64,000 bases of DNA from Longimicrobiales bacterium (GCA_050732635.1 JBOHRE010000004.1:1518-65517), one strand, 5' to 3'; shown: positions 37,856 through 47,545, counted from the first letter of the stretch. Numbers and translations: made by a program. The notes: generated by a model not told the origin, from the letters alone.

Positions 37856-37937
37856 TTGCTGCAGTCCGTGCGACGGCGCGCTGCCTGAACCTTCGCTCAT
37901 TCCGGCCGTCGTCGCCGCTTCCTGCGCCGAGGCATGC

Positions 37938-38831
37938 CTATGCCGCACTTGCCTCGAAGTCCCGGACAGCCTGCCGCAGCGCGGCCACTCCGTGCTCGAG
38001 ATCGTAAGCGCGCCGCTCCTCGCCTGCCTTCAGCGTCCACTCCAGCTGATCGGCCAGGTACCGCACAAGGACCCGCGGTAACAGCGCTTGCTTCGTCTCC
38101 AGCCCATATCCGTCGAGCGCCGAGTCCAGGAAGTCGCTGCCCCAATCCTCGTAGAGGAAGATGAAATCGCGGGCCGGATCGCCGATCGCGGCGTCGCCCC
38201 AATCGATGACACCCGTGATGTCGCCCTGCTCGACGTCTACCAGCACATGCCCCGGGCCGACATCAGCGTGGAGCAATGCCGGCTCGTAGCGCCACGCGAC
38301 GCCACCCGCCAGAGACCTGCCCAGGCAGTCCGCCAGTGCGGTTCGCATCGATTCGGGCAACAGCGAGCCCGGCTCGGCCCGCATGCGCTGCTGCAACCTC
38401 TCGACCTGCGCTCGATGATCCACGAGCGGCAGGCCGCAGGCGTGGCCGACGCCGACATTCAGCGCGTGCAGCGCCTGCAGGAAGCCACCCAGCGCACGCG
38501 CGAGATGGGTCCGAGCTGCCTCCGGCAACCCTTGCCACAGGTCGCGCGTCAACTCGCGACCATGGATCCGCTCATGCACGGCGAAGGAAGCGTGCATTGA
38601 AGCCGCGCAGCGGACATAGGTCGGCAGCGGAACGGCCACGGGAAGCCGGTGAGCGATTTCGGCGAGCAGGCACGCCTCGCGCGCCAGTGCGCCGGCGGCT
38701 TCCTCATGCTTCGGGATCCGGACCACCTGGTGCCGATTCAGCACATAGGCGTGGCAGAAGTCGCCTCCGGCGAGGTACTCGAGCGAGCGGATCTCGAGCT
38801 CAGGGCGGCACGCCCGGAGAAGCTCGGTCAC
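37938..38831 (-). CDS. aminoglycoside/macrolide phosphotransferase (APH) family kinase
   Basis: The Brenner/catalytic region is LLHADVGPGHVLVD...GVIDWGDAAIGDPARDF. The start is uncertain: I chose GTG 38831 because the longer ORF overlaps the upstream gene. Confidence 0.8.
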   Translation of the reverse strand: MTELLRACRPELEIRSLEYLAGGDFCHAYVLNRHQVVRIPKHEEAAGALAREACLLAEIAHRLPVAVPLPTYVRCAASMHASFAVHERIHGRELTRDLWQGLPEAARTHLARALGGFLQALHALNVGVGHACGLPLVDHRAQVERLQQRMRAEPGSLLPESMRTALADCLGRSLAGGVAWRYEPALLHADVGPGHVLVDVEQGDITGVIDWGDAAIGDPARDFIFLYEDWGSDFLDSALDGYGLETKQALLPRVLVRYLADQLEWTLKAGEERRAYDLEHGVAALRQAVRDFEASAA

Positions 38832-38865
38832 GCGACGAGGGTTGTCTGCCTCCTCGACACCAGCC

Positions 38866-39144
38866 TCACTCCTCGACAAAGCGCTGGTCCTCGTGGGATC
38901 GAGGTGCAGCGGGCAGCTGCTCGTCGAGGGACTGCCGATAACGGATGCAGCCGCGCAGGAATTGTGGCCAATCGGGAACGGTCGGTAACGGATCCTGTTG
39001 CTCCGGCAACAGCCTCCAGAGCGCCGGATGATGCCAGCAGAGCTCATGGCCCGAGCTGTCCCGATGCAGCCGGATCCCTTGCCGCAGCCTGGTTGCTTCC
39101 GCGATCAGCTGCTCGCGTGACATCCGATCGAGGTCTTCGTCCAC
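38866..39144 (-). CDS. hypothetical protein (92 aa)
   Basis: MSREQLIAEATRLRQGIRLHRDSSGHELCWHHPALW... looks like a real protein, but I recognise no family name. Confidence 0.55.
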   Translation of the reverse strand: MDEDLDRMSREQLIAEATRLRQGIRLHRDSSGHELCWHHPALWRLLPEQQDPLPTVPDWPQFLRGCIRYRQSLDEQLPAAPRSHEDQRFVEE

Positions 39145-39474
39145 GTCGCTATCTCGGTCCTGGTCCGAGGATCATTCCCGCTTCCCCTCAATGCCCCGAA
39201 AGCGTTGACGCCGCGTGCCGCCCTGGCATAACATGGGCGTGCGGCTGCGTTGGAGCGAGCGAGCCAACACGAAAGAAGCGGCGACCTGCGCCGGCACGCG
39301 ACGTCATGCCCGGTCCTCCCCACGGGTGGCGGGACGACGAAACCGCCGGGCCCGCTCGCCAAACTCTTGTCGAGGGACTCCGTAGCACTCCGACGCAGCC
39401 GCATTGCATCCGCCGCCCCCGGCTCGCCACTCGAAGCGCTGGCCGCGCTGTCGGCCTCCCGTAGCTGGCCGATC

Positions 39475-39636
39475 TCAGCCACGGCCGCGCCACCACCAGC
39501 CCATGGCGAACCCCACGCCCACCAGAACCAGGACCACGAGCACGGTCGCGATCAACACAGGGTAAACCGGCCCGGATACGCCGAAGACGAAATCGGTCTG
39601 CTCTTCAGAAACGAAAGCGAGCGTGTCCTGTGCCAT
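39475..39636 (-). CDS. possible 53-aa single-pass membrane peptide
   Basis: Manual translation gives MAQDTLAFVSEEQTDFVFGVSGPVYPVLIATVLVVLVLVGVGFAMGWWWRGRG. It is below the ORF-track size cutoff and has no clear SD. Confidence 0.3.
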   Translation of the reverse strand: MAQDTLAFVSEEQTDFVFGVSGPVYPVLIATVLVVLVLVGVGFAMGWWWRGRG

Positions 39637-39760
39637 TGTCGGGTTCAGCTACACCTGTCACGCCTGCTCAACACCCTCGACGAACCGGTAACTCGCGTGA
39701 CTGTCCTAGTCGATGCCGTGCTTTGCAGACGGTTCAGGTGCAGCGCGCCGGTCCCAGGCT

Positions 39761-40231
39761 TCACAACGGCGGCGTCCCGGGTTCGCGGATCGGTTCCGGG
39801 CCGCTGTCGCCGAGTGTAACGACGCACCGATAGACCCTGCCGCGAGCGACGCCACCGACGCCGACCGTATCCAGAACGCCTTCGACCACGCCAAAAGTGT
39901 TGTTCAACCACCGATACGCCTGATCACCGGTTCTGAAGGTGATGGACGTGCTGAACACTCGTGCCCGATCCGAGGGGCGCAACGTGGCAATGCCGTTGAG
40001 CTCGACATAGACCTGCACGCCGTCGTCGGTGATCAGCAGACCGCGGAGAGCCGGCAGATTGATGTTGTCGGGCCGTCGCAATGCAAGATTGGTCAGATGC
40101 AATGAACCCCGCAGCTCGGCGCCTTGCAGGGTTCCGTCCATTGTGCCGTATAGCTGCCCTCCAGATCCGTAATCGAGTGCCTGTAGCGTCGCGTACCGAA
40201 GCTCCACGTCAGCGAGATGAATCAGCTGCAT
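39761..40231 (-). CDS. DUF3237 domain protein
   Basis: 156 aa with the ...ITFRTGDQAYRWLNNTFGVVEG... pattern of DUF3237/UPF0311. Confidence 0.8.
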   Translation of the reverse strand: MQLIHLADVELRYATLQALDYGSGGQLYGTMDGTLQGAELRGSLHLTNLALRRPDNINLPALRGLLITDDGVQVYVELNGIATLRPSDRARVFSTSITFRTGDQAYRWLNNTFGVVEGVLDTVGVGGVARGRVYRCVVTLGDSGPEPIREPGTPPL

Positions 40232-40345
40232 CGTTCCTGCCTGTTCGGGAGGAGTGTGTGATCCTTGCGCGAGACAGTCCCTCAGCGCGGTTCGCTGACG
40301 AGCTTCTCGCCCGAAAAATCGATCAGCCTGCGCCTGACCTCGGCC

Positions 40346-40564
40346 TCACGTCGAAATCGAATCGTACCCACGTGTGAGATGCATCTCCGCGACGTTCTTC
40401 ACCAACTCGACATTCACCCAACCTGCGAGCTGCGCGAAGGGCCGATCTCCCCGATACGGCCAGCGGGTCAGGTCCACGCTGGTCCACTGCTCGGGACGAA
40501 GCTCCTTGATGAGGACGGACCACCGCCGGTGGAGTGCGTCGATCGAGTCGAGGAGCGCCGACAA
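40346..40564 (-). pseudogene. short gene fragment, possibly a DinB/DUF664-like remnant
   Basis: A 72-codon ORF with only a TTG start begins 3 nt after the stop of the upstream DHFR-like gene. A second frame continues ...EVRRRLIDFSGEK past its stop. Confidence 0.4.
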
Positions 40565-40566
40565 TG

Positions 40567-41118
40567 CTACTGCTTGGCGTTCAGTTCTGTGTCCGGCGTC
40601 CGCTTGGTCGCCACTGTCACGATGTCGTAGTGCAGGAAAACGATCCCGCTCTTCTGGTACACGCGCTGCCCGGTCAGAGCCAGGCTGTGGCGGCCAGCGG
40701 GGGAAGGCAGCAATGGGCGTCCGCCGCCCAAGACGACGGGAATCACTGCCGGTTCGACCGTATCCACGCAGCCGAGCTCGAGGAGGCTGCGGAACAACTC
40801 TCCGCCGCCAAACAGCCAGATGTCTTTGCCCGGCTGGTTGCGAAGCTCATCGATCCGCTCCTTCACGCGATCCGCGATGATCGTGACGCCAGGGTGATCG
40901 TCCTGTCGAAGCGAGCGCGAGAAGACGAACACTTTCATCCCCGGGAATCCGTCCGAGACGACTTCGAACGTACGACGCCCCATCAGCAGCGTATCGAACT
41001 CATCGAAGAGCGCCTTGAAGTCGATCTCGGGATCCATCACGATCCAATCGTATTCGTCGTTCGGTCCTGCGATGTAGCCGTCGAGACTACACGCTACCTG
41101 ATACCGAATCCTGCGCAT
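40567..41118 (-). CDS. dihydrofolate reductase-like (RibD C-terminal domain) protein
   Basis: MRRIRYQVACSLDGYIAGPNDEYDW...LLMGRRTFE...LFGGGELF. AGGAG lies 6 nt upstream of ATG 41118. Confidence 0.85.
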   Translation of the reverse strand: MRRIRYQVACSLDGYIAGPNDEYDWIVMDPEIDFKALFDEFDTLLMGRRTFEVVSDGFPGMKVFVFSRSLRQDDHPGVTIIADRVKERIDELRNQPGKDIWLFGGGELFRSLLELGCVDTVEPAVIPVVLGGGRPLLPSPAGRHSLALTGQRVYQKSGIVFLHYDIVTVATKRTPDTELNAKQ

Positions 41119-41178
41119 GATCGGCTCCTGCCCAGAAGAGTGTCTCACGAGCGTGGTCTACCGCCTCTCGCTCGAGGC

Positions 41179-41784
41179 TCATCCCCGCGCGGCCCGAAAT
41201 CTAGGAGTGAAACGCCCGGTTCGCCTCATGTACTCGGCGTAGCTGGAGCCGAACCTCGCCAGCAGGTGCGCCTCCTCTCGCCTCGCCAGCTGCGGTAGCA
41301 CGGCGACCACACCCAGTACCACCAAGGCCATGAACCCATTCGCGGCGACAGCACTGAGGGCAGCCAGCAGCACGACGGCTCCGGCATAGAGCGGATGGCG
41401 AATCCAGCGGTACGGACCCCAGGTCACGAGCTGATGCTCTTGCTTCGTCAGGATCGTTTCGCTGACGTTCGAGCCAAGGCTGCGGAACACCCAGAGCGTG
41501 AAGGGAATCGTCCCGGCTGCCACCGCGACTGCACTCCAACGGACGGAGCTGGGCAGGGAGACCTGAGCCCACGACAGCGACCGCGGATACACGATGTAGA
41601 GCATCAGGATCGTGAAGAGTGGCAGTGCGAAGAGGAGACGCAACAGGATCAAAGAAGTGCCTTCGGCTCGCCTGGGAATGGGCGCGGCCACCTTGCGCGC
41701 GTGCGCTCGATGATAGCCCGAGATGAAGACCGTGATCCCGAGGATCAAGGCAAAGGCAACGCGAAAGCCCGATTCCGCCTCCAA
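41179..41784 (-). CDS. isoprenylcysteine carboxyl methyltransferase (ICMT)/PEMT-like membrane methyltransferase
   Basis: LVTWGPYRWIRHPLYAG...EEAHLLARFGSSYAEYMRRTGRF. TTG 41784 is preceded by AAGGGGG at 6 nt; the start is uncertain. Confidence 0.75.
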   Translation of the reverse strand: MEAESGFRVAFALILGITVFISGYHRAHARKVAAPIPRRAEGTSLILLRLLFALPLFTILMLYIVYPRSLSWAQVSLPSSVRWSAVAVAAGTIPFTLWVFRSLGSNVSETILTKQEHQLVTWGPYRWIRHPLYAGAVVLLAALSAVAANGFMALVVLGVVAVLPQLARREEAHLLARFGSSYAEYMRRTGRFTPRFRAARG

Positions 41785-41896
41785 TTCAGGCCCCCTTACA
41801 GCCCCTTCGATCCGCTGCGGTCCACGGACGAGCGCCCCTCGATGAGCACGTCGTTGCGTTGGCGGCGCGAGATGAGGCCGGCTCGAGCGGCGTCGT

Positions 41897-42691
41897 TCAT
41901 TCGCCCGCGGCCTTCGAAAACACGTGCAGCATTTCCTCTTCCGATGGAGGTTGCAGCACAGAGCGGGCTGCAAATTCCTGCGCCTGTGGGTAATCCGTAT
42001 CCCGAATCCGCTCGGCTGCCGTCCTCTGATCGTACGCGGTATGTCGAAGCTGCAGGTCGGGGCCGAGCAGGAGCCAAGCGGCGCCCGGCTCGCCAAATGG
42101 CATGCCCACACTGCCCGCGTTCACGACTCGGACCCTGCCGATCACGCGGTCGAATTGCATATGCGTATGACCGCAGACGACGAGGTGCACGTCGAGTTCG
42201 TCGAACACCCGCAGGAGACGCTTTTCAGGTGTCAGCCGTGTGAAGATCTCGGTGTCGCTGCGTGGCGTGGCATGACAGAACAGCACCTCACCCAGACCGC
42301 CGATCTCGAAACGGAGGGTCGTCGGCCAGTGAGCGAGTCGCCGCTTCTCTTCAGCGTCGAGCTGTCCGGCCACCCAGCGCACGGCTTCCTGGGCCGGTTC
42401 CGGCAGGCCTCCCATGCTTCCGCCCGCAAGGCAGTCGAGGACCGCTGACTCGCCGTTACCATGGATGAACAGCGTGGGGATATCGAGGTTTCGCAGGTAC
42501 AGCAGGGTCTCACGAGGCATCGGCCCTGGCAGCACGTCGCCGCCAACCAGTATCTGGTCCACTCCCAACCGACGAATCTCCGGCACAACGGCCTCGAGAG
42601 CGGGCAGATTTCCATGGATGTCGTAGAGCGCTGCGACCCGCATGAAACGGTGTTTGCTAACACCAAGGCCCTCGTCTGCCGGAGCGTTCAT
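41897..42691 (-). CDS. metallophosphoesterase
   Basis: AALYDIHGN, GGDVLPGP and CGHTHMQFD are present. ATG 42691 has GAGGAG 8 nt upstream and lies 1 nt after the upstream stop. ATG 42643 is an alternative start. Confidence 0.85.
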   Translation of the reverse strand: MNAPADEGLGVSKHRFMRVAALYDIHGNLPALEAVVPEIRRLGVDQILVGGDVLPGPMPRETLLYLRNLDIPTLFIHGNGESAVLDCLAGGSMGGLPEPAQEAVRWVAGQLDAEEKRRLAHWPTTLRFEIGGLGEVLFCHATPRSDTEIFTRLTPEKRLLRVFDELDVHLVVCGHTHMQFDRVIGRVRVVNAGSVGMPFGEPGAAWLLLGPDLQLRHTAYDQRTAAERIRDTDYPQAQEFAARSVLQPPSEEEMLHVFSKAAGE

Positions 42692-42692
42692 T

Positions 42693-43256
42693 TCATGATC
42701 TCCTCACCCTGCCCGATCTCGAGCACGGCTCCGGTCGCTCGAGATCCCGGACCAGCGGTCTTCTCGCTCCCTTTGCCGTGGTCTCTTCGACCCGCGTGGC
42801 AATCGTCCAGACGTGTCCGGCTGGATCCATGATCCACGCGACGCGGTCCCCCCAGAACTGGTTCTCGGCCGGAATCAAGACCTGAGCGCCCAGCGCGACC
42901 GCCCGCTCTACCGTGCGATCCACATCTTCGACGTAGACAAAAATGACCACCGGTGAGCTTCCGTCCGGGATCGGCGCTCGACTCGTCAACGTCGGCCACT
43001 CGGCCTCGATCATGATCATGGCGGGACCGATCGTCATCAACGCATGCGCGACCGTGCCGTCCGGACCTGGCCTCCGGCCGAGCTCGACGGCGCCGAAGGT
43101 GCTGGCGCAGAAGTCGATCGCACCGGCGGGATCCCGACAGAACAGTCTGGGGATGACGACCGACGAGTTGTCGGGAATGCCCTTCACCTTGGCTGTCACA
43201 TCCTCCTCCGAATCTCGCCGAATGGGCGCGGCCCGGCGCTGAGAACCGGGTCGCAT
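42693..43256 (-). CDS. VOC/glyoxalase family protein
   Basis: ...VIPRLFCRDPAGAIDFCASTFGA...FWGDRVAWIMDPAGHVWTIA. The start shares 1 nt with the upstream stop (TGATG). The C-terminal ~25 aa are atypical. Confidence 0.8.
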   Translation of the reverse strand: MRPGSQRRAAPIRRDSEEDVTAKVKGIPDNSSVVIPRLFCRDPAGAIDFCASTFGAVELGRRPGPDGTVAHALMTIGPAMIMIEAEWPTLTSRAPIPDGSSPVVIFVYVEDVDRTVERAVALGAQVLIPAENQFWGDRVAWIMDPAGHVWTIATRVEETTAKGARRPLVRDLERPEPCSRSGRVRRS

Positions 43257-43543
43257 CAGCGGCCCTGCTGCACAACCTCCAGCACGGACAGGTCGGGCTC
43301 AGCGCCTGCTGCACGGAAAATCTGTACACCCTTCGGTGTGGCCCCTGAGGCTCTCATCGCCTCCAGCGCAACCCGGCTGCTCCAAACCGTAATGATGTGC
43401 CATGACGTGGCCTCGCGGGCGTCTCGTGCGAGAAACGTCTCCACGATTCCTGTCGGGATATCGGCCGAGGCATCGCGATAGGCCTGCTCTAAATCAGCCA
43501 CCCGATCTTCCCGAACCTCTGCCTTCAGCACTGTGATCACCAT
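43256..43543 (-). CDS. ABM (antibiotic biosynthesis monooxygenase) domain protein
   Basis: 95 aa: MVITVLKAEVREDRVADLEQAY...WHIITVWSSRVALEAM. Confidence 0.8.
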   Translation of the reverse strand: MVITVLKAEVREDRVADLEQAYRDASADIPTGIVETFLARDAREATSWHIITVWSSRVALEAMRASGATPKGVQIFRAAGAEPDLSVLEVVQQGR

Positions 43544-43637
43544 CTTTGTGCCTCCAAGTGCTCCGTCGGACCCCGACGAACGAACTGCGACTCAGTTGCC
43601 ACACCAAAGGGCGCGCAAACGCCGGACGGGGCCGATC

Positions 43638-43684
43638 AGCCACGCAGAGAAGAAGATCAGACCGATGGCCGCATGTGCGTGGCT
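43638..43684. other. perfect 9-bp inverted repeat in a 192-nt spacer
   Basis: AGCCACGCA (43638-43646) pairs with TGCGTGGCT (43676-43684) across a 29-nt loop. There is no U-tract in the minus-strand transcription direction. Confidence 0.3.
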
Positions 43685-43735
43685 TTCCATCGACTCCCGT
43701 CCGCGATCCTTGGCTACGGTACGGGGTTGCAGGCC

Positions 43736-44590
43736 CTATTCTGCGACCGCTGCGACGGCGTAGAGAACTGCTGGCGTCCACACCAACGCCTCGATCGGAA
43801 TCTCACGAAGCTGCTCGCGCACTCTCGCAGCGCATTCTTCGCGGGCGTCGGGAGCGAGACTGGCCAACCGCCTCCGGGCTACCCCGCAACCCTGCTGCAG
43901 CAGCACCAGCGATTCATGGTCCCACCGCTGCTCGAACCGCTCTGTCCAGATCCGGATCGAATTGAATCCCACACCTTCGAGCAGGCGCGACACCTTCTCC
44001 GGGGTGTCGACCAGCTCGTGCTGGCGAACGCTCGGGTGGCGAGGATCCGGATCGGCGCCACAGCGATCCAATTCTTCCGTCCAGATATCTGCACCGGGTA
44101 GACCAGGGTCATGCGACCACGTCGTCAGCCCCACCGATCCACTGCCCTGAAGGATCCGTCGTACCTCGGCGAGCGCACGCGCTGGATCCGGGCAATGGAA
44201 CAGGACGAACATGAGCACTGCCACATCGAATGCCCGTGATCGAATCGCGAGCTGTTGCGCATCCATGACCGCAAGAGACGAGTGCCGCCCTTGGGCGATG
44301 CGTAGCATCCCCTCCGCGTAGTCGACGCCACAGATCTGCGCCTTGGGTGCCTTGGCCTGCAGGTGTGGGAGAACAGCACCGACTCCGGTTCCGAGATCAA
44401 TGACCCGGCGACACTCGTCGAGCGGAAGCGCAGCGAGTAGCGGCAAACCCATCGGCAGAATGACCGGCCCCCAAAGCCGGGCATATTCCTCCGCCGTGGA
44501 GGAATAGTCCTCTGCGAGGCGCTGCGAGACCGCTCTGGCCACGGGCACAGATGATTCCAGATACGAGGTGAGGTCAGGCCCCGCTCGCAT
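43736..44590 (-). CDS. class I SAM-dependent methyltransferase
   Basis: ATG 44590. Motif I is VIDLGTGVGA, and the post-I region reads GVDYAEGML...FDVAVLMFVLFH. Confidence 0.8.
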   Translation of the reverse strand: MRAGPDLTSYLESSVPVARAVSQRLAEDYSSTAEEYARLWGPVILPMGLPLLAALPLDECRRVIDLGTGVGAVLPHLQAKAPKAQICGVDYAEGMLRIAQGRHSSLAVMDAQQLAIRSRAFDVAVLMFVLFHCPDPARALAEVRRILQGSGSVGLTTWSHDPGLPGADIWTEELDRCGADPDPRHPSVRQHELVDTPEKVSRLLEGVGFNSIRIWTERFEQRWDHESLVLLQQGCGVARRRLASLAPDAREECAARVREQLREIPIEALVWTPAVLYAVAAVAE

Positions 44591-44669
44591 TGGGGGCTTT
44601 GCGGTCCTGCTACACCCGCTGGCAAACGAGTGATCTCCGCCAGACTTCCGGCTGGGGGTCAACGTCGCC

Positions 44670-45110
44670 CTAGCCGGCGGATGTCGCGCCCCAATCCTCG
44701 GGGGCGAGGTCTGCGATGTGTTGCGAAAACGTCCACCGGTGCCCCTCCGGGTCCTCTGCCGTGTACTGCCTCTCACCAAAGGGCATGTTCGTGGGTGGAC
44801 TGACGATCTCTGCGCCCAACCGTGTCGCACGCTCATGGTGCGTGTCCACGTTCTCCACGTGAACGACCACGTACTGAGTCACGTGACCGCGATCGGGCGG
44901 GCGAAACGGTCCGCCCTTTCGCCCTAGCATCAGCGCGCCCTCCGCCACAGCCAGTTGCGCATGGCTAACCCGGCCCTCGCGGTCCGCAGCGCGCAGCCGC
45001 TCCTTGAAGCCGAAGGCGGCACAAAGCCAACTGACGGCGCGAGCCACGTCGTCGTAGACCAGTACCGGTACGACTGTCGCTGTGGGAGCTGATCGATTGG
45101 TGGTCGCCAT
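44670..45110 (-). CDS. VOC/glyoxalase family protein
   Basis: 146 aa: ...VVPVLVYDDVARAVSWLCAAFGF...FGERQYTAEDPEGHRWTF. Confidence 0.85.
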   Translation of the reverse strand: MATTNRSAPTATVVPVLVYDDVARAVSWLCAAFGFKERLRAADREGRVSHAQLAVAEGALMLGRKGGPFRPPDRGHVTQYVVVHVENVDTHHERATRLGAEIVSPPTNMPFGERQYTAEDPEGHRWTFSQHIADLAPEDWGATSAG

Positions 45111-45179
45111 GGTTCCTCCGCTATTCGGACGATCGTGGATTCGACCTGAGCGAGGCGAGCAGTCGAACCGTGGTCGTGC

Positions 45180-45782
45180 TCATTCGTGAACACCCAACCG
45201 CGCAAACAGCCCGGGGTAGTCCAGTACCAGCCCATATCCGTCCACCGTCAGATCCGCAGCGAAATCACTCCCCACGCTCTCGAACCGGAAAGATCTGCTG
45301 CCGATGCAGGTGTACGCCTGCACTGCCTTCTCGATACTCGACTCGAACGCATTGATGTAGACGACCTCGATCAGCTGGCGCTCTCCCTCTGCCAACTGTA
45401 GGCGGCGAATGGGAAGGGAATTGGTGAATGGAGTCGGCCATATGTCGACATCGATGCACCCCTGAAGCAAGCCCAGCTCCTCATCCTTCTCATTGCGCCA
45501 GGTGCCGCCCCTCTGCTTCAGGTCCAGGCGCCGCTCCACCGTCCGGCCACGGGCGACAGCGAGCTCCACCTGTGTGGTGCACCAGCGCTCATCCCACTGC
45601 ACCTCGTACTCGATCCGAAACGCGCCCAGGTCGGGCTCATGACCGATGATGCTGCCATGAGCGGACATCGGCTGCAACGCCAGGTACTCGAGCCCGGCGC
45701 TGTCCGGACGCTCCATCCACAGCGACTGCCACATCACCGCCTGTGGCTGAATCTGCTCGAACGACGCCGACCGTCCGCTCAC
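45180..45782 (-). CDS. putative glycolipid-binding domain protein (PF06475-like)
   Basis: IDVDIWPTPFTNSLPIRRL...DLTVDGYGLVLDYPGLFARL. GTG 45782 overlaps the upstream stop (GTGA). ATG 45734 is an alternative start. Confidence 0.75.
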   Translation of the reverse strand: MSGRSASFEQIQPQAVMWQSLWMERPDSAGLEYLALQPMSAHGSIIGHEPDLGAFRIEYEVQWDERWCTTQVELAVARGRTVERRLDLKQRGGTWRNEKDEELGLLQGCIDVDIWPTPFTNSLPIRRLQLAEGERQLIEVVYINAFESSIEKAVQAYTCIGSRSFRFESVGSDFAADLTVDGYGLVLDYPGLFARLGVHE

Positions 45783-46291
45783 CAAGCCCCGGCGAAGTCC
45801 TCGGCCCACGTGGCTTTCTCGGCCATGTCGATCTTCTTCATCTGCAGCATAGCGTCCATCGCTCGCTCGGCCCCGGGCGACTCCGGGTCCTCGAGCATCT
45901 CCTCCATGCCGTGCGGCACGACCTGCCAGGACACGCCATACCGGTCCTTCAGCCAACCGCACTGTTGGGCTCTCGGATCACCGCCCGCAGTCAGCTTCTC
46001 CCAGTAGTAGTCGATCTCGTCCTGCGTCGCACAGTTCACCTGAAGCGAAATCGCCTCATTGAACGTGAACAGCGGTCCTCCGTTCAGGGCGGTGAAGGAC
46101 TGTCCATCGAGTTCGAAGGCGACCGTCATCACGGATCCGGCCGGCCTCTGGTGAACGTCGAATCCGGCCTTTCCATACCGCGTGATCGCCACGATCCGGG
46201 AGTTCTCGAAGATCCCGACGTAGAACCGCGCGGCCTCCTCGGCCTGGTCGTCAAACCACAAGCACGGGCTGATCCTCTGGGTCGTTATCAT
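45779..46291 (-). CDS. VOC family protein (PhnB / 3-demethylubiquinone-9 methyltransferase-domain type)
   Basis: MITTQRISPCLWFDDQAEEAARFYVGIFENSRI...DRYGVSWQVVP. Confidence 0.85.
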   Translation of the reverse strand: MITTQRISPCLWFDDQAEEAARFYVGIFENSRIVAITRYGKAGFDVHQRPAGSVMTVAFELDGQSFTALNGGPLFTFNEAISLQVNCATQDEIDYYWEKLTAGGDPRAQQCGWLKDRYGVSWQVVPHGMEEMLEDPESPGAERAMDAMLQMKKIDMAEKATWAEDFAGAW

Positions 46292-46360
46292 GGTTCTCTC
46301 GGTTCCTGAGACGAGCGGCTAGGCTGTCGGGCCTGTATCACCTGGGCCCATAAAACGGCG

Positions 46361-46969
46361 CTATCCGCCGCCAACCTCGAATCTTTGCATGAAGTAGTAG
46401 TGGTTCTCGCCCTCGTCGTCGGCTTCACCGAGCACGACCAGGCCCGCCGCCTCGAGTATGTGCCGGTACCGATCGGAACCCAGCGACAGGGACGTTCGCC
46501 CGGTCAAGCTGTCTGGCCACTCGGACGCCTGCCCTGGAGCGGTGAACAGAAATCTGCCCCCACGCTTCAGGGCCCGCGCGACCTTGTGAATCAGATTCGT
46601 TTGAGCATCGGGTGTCAGCAGAAACATCAAGCCCCACGCAACGACTGCGTCGAACGCACGACCGAAGAACCGCGATTCCTCGACGGCGGCACACTCGGCA
46701 AGCGCATCCGGGAAGCTCGTTCGGAACGCAGCAATCATACTCGGCGAGGAATCGACGCCGTAGACGGTGAAGCCTGCATCGACCAGGACTCGTGAGATCG
46801 GCACGCCATGGCCGCATCCCAAATCGAGAACGGCGCCACCATGCGGCAGAGCTTGGGCCCAGTCGCGCACGGTTGCGGCACCTACGCTCGACCTCGTCCG
46901 CAGAGCGATGAATTCGCTCGAAACGGCCTCGTAGCCATTGGAGCGGTCTGCCGGAACGGTGCTGATCAT
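46361..46969 (-). CDS. class I SAM-dependent methyltransferase
   Basis: ATG 46969 gives MISTVPADRSNGYE. Motif I is VLDLGCGHGVP. Confidence 0.8.
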   Translation of the reverse strand: MISTVPADRSNGYEAVSSEFIALRTRSSVGAATVRDWAQALPHGGAVLDLGCGHGVPISRVLVDAGFTVYGVDSSPSMIAAFRTSFPDALAECAAVEESRFFGRAFDAVVAWGLMFLLTPDAQTNLIHKVARALKRGGRFLFTAPGQASEWPDSLTGRTSLSLGSDRYRHILEAAGLVVLGEADDEGENHYYFMQRFEVGGG

Positions 46970-47068
46970 CGCTTCGCGTAAACCCAAGGGCGATCCTACG
47001 AGAAATAAGCAACCGACGACGGCTGGCGGCACGGAAGTGGGCCCGCCTAAACTGCCTGGATTCCGGTC

Positions 47069-47545
47069 TCACCGCCTTGGAAGCCACCGCCCCACACGAG
47101 TGCGGTACTCCTCGTATTCTGCTCCAAACGTACGTGAGAGAGTACGTTCCTCGTACAGCCTCACGAACAGCACCGTGGCCAATGCGAACAATGCGGTATA
47201 CGCCAGCAATGCAGCGGACTCGTAGAACAGCGTGGCACCCAACAGAGCGAGTCCGGCACCTATATACATCGGGTTGCGTACGAAGCGGTACGGTCCGTAC
47301 ACGACGAGACGACGGGGCGGATCGAACGGCGCCGGAGTCCCGTGCCCCACGAGCGCGAACGTCACGACGCACCAAACGGCCAATGCGGCACCCAGCAGGG
47401 TGATCGTTGCCCCGGCTAGCTGTCCGACGCCCAGTCCGGTCGGCCGACTCACGCCCGACCATTCGAGGACTCGGGCCGGCAGAACGATCAGCAGGAGGCC
47501 AACGAAAAGCGAGGCGTAGGTAAGCGCCCGAATCAGCGGGAACAT
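47069..47545 (-). CDS. ICMT/PEMT-like membrane methyltransferase
   Basis: 158 aa: LVVYGPYRFVRNPMYIG...EERTLSRTFGAEYEEYRTRVGRWLP. Confidence 0.8.
   Translation of the reverse strand: MFPLIRALTYASLFVGLLLIVLPARVLEWSGVSRPTGLGVGQLAGATITLLGAALAVWCVVTFALVGHGTPAPFDPPRRLVVYGPYRFVRNPMYIGAGLALLGATLFYESAALLAYTALFALATVLFVRLYEERTLSRTFGAEYEEYRTRVGRWLPRR

Noticed and set aside
45111-45179. The hairpin GGTTCGAC...GTCGAATCC with one bulged base, considered as an attC-like or tRNA-like element
   Set aside because: The arm order is GTT...AAC on the coding strand, the reverse of attC. The stem is only 8 bp with a 16-nt loop. The T-loop-like GGTCGAATCC lacks a T and has no pairing stems. It is most simply an intergenic hairpin.
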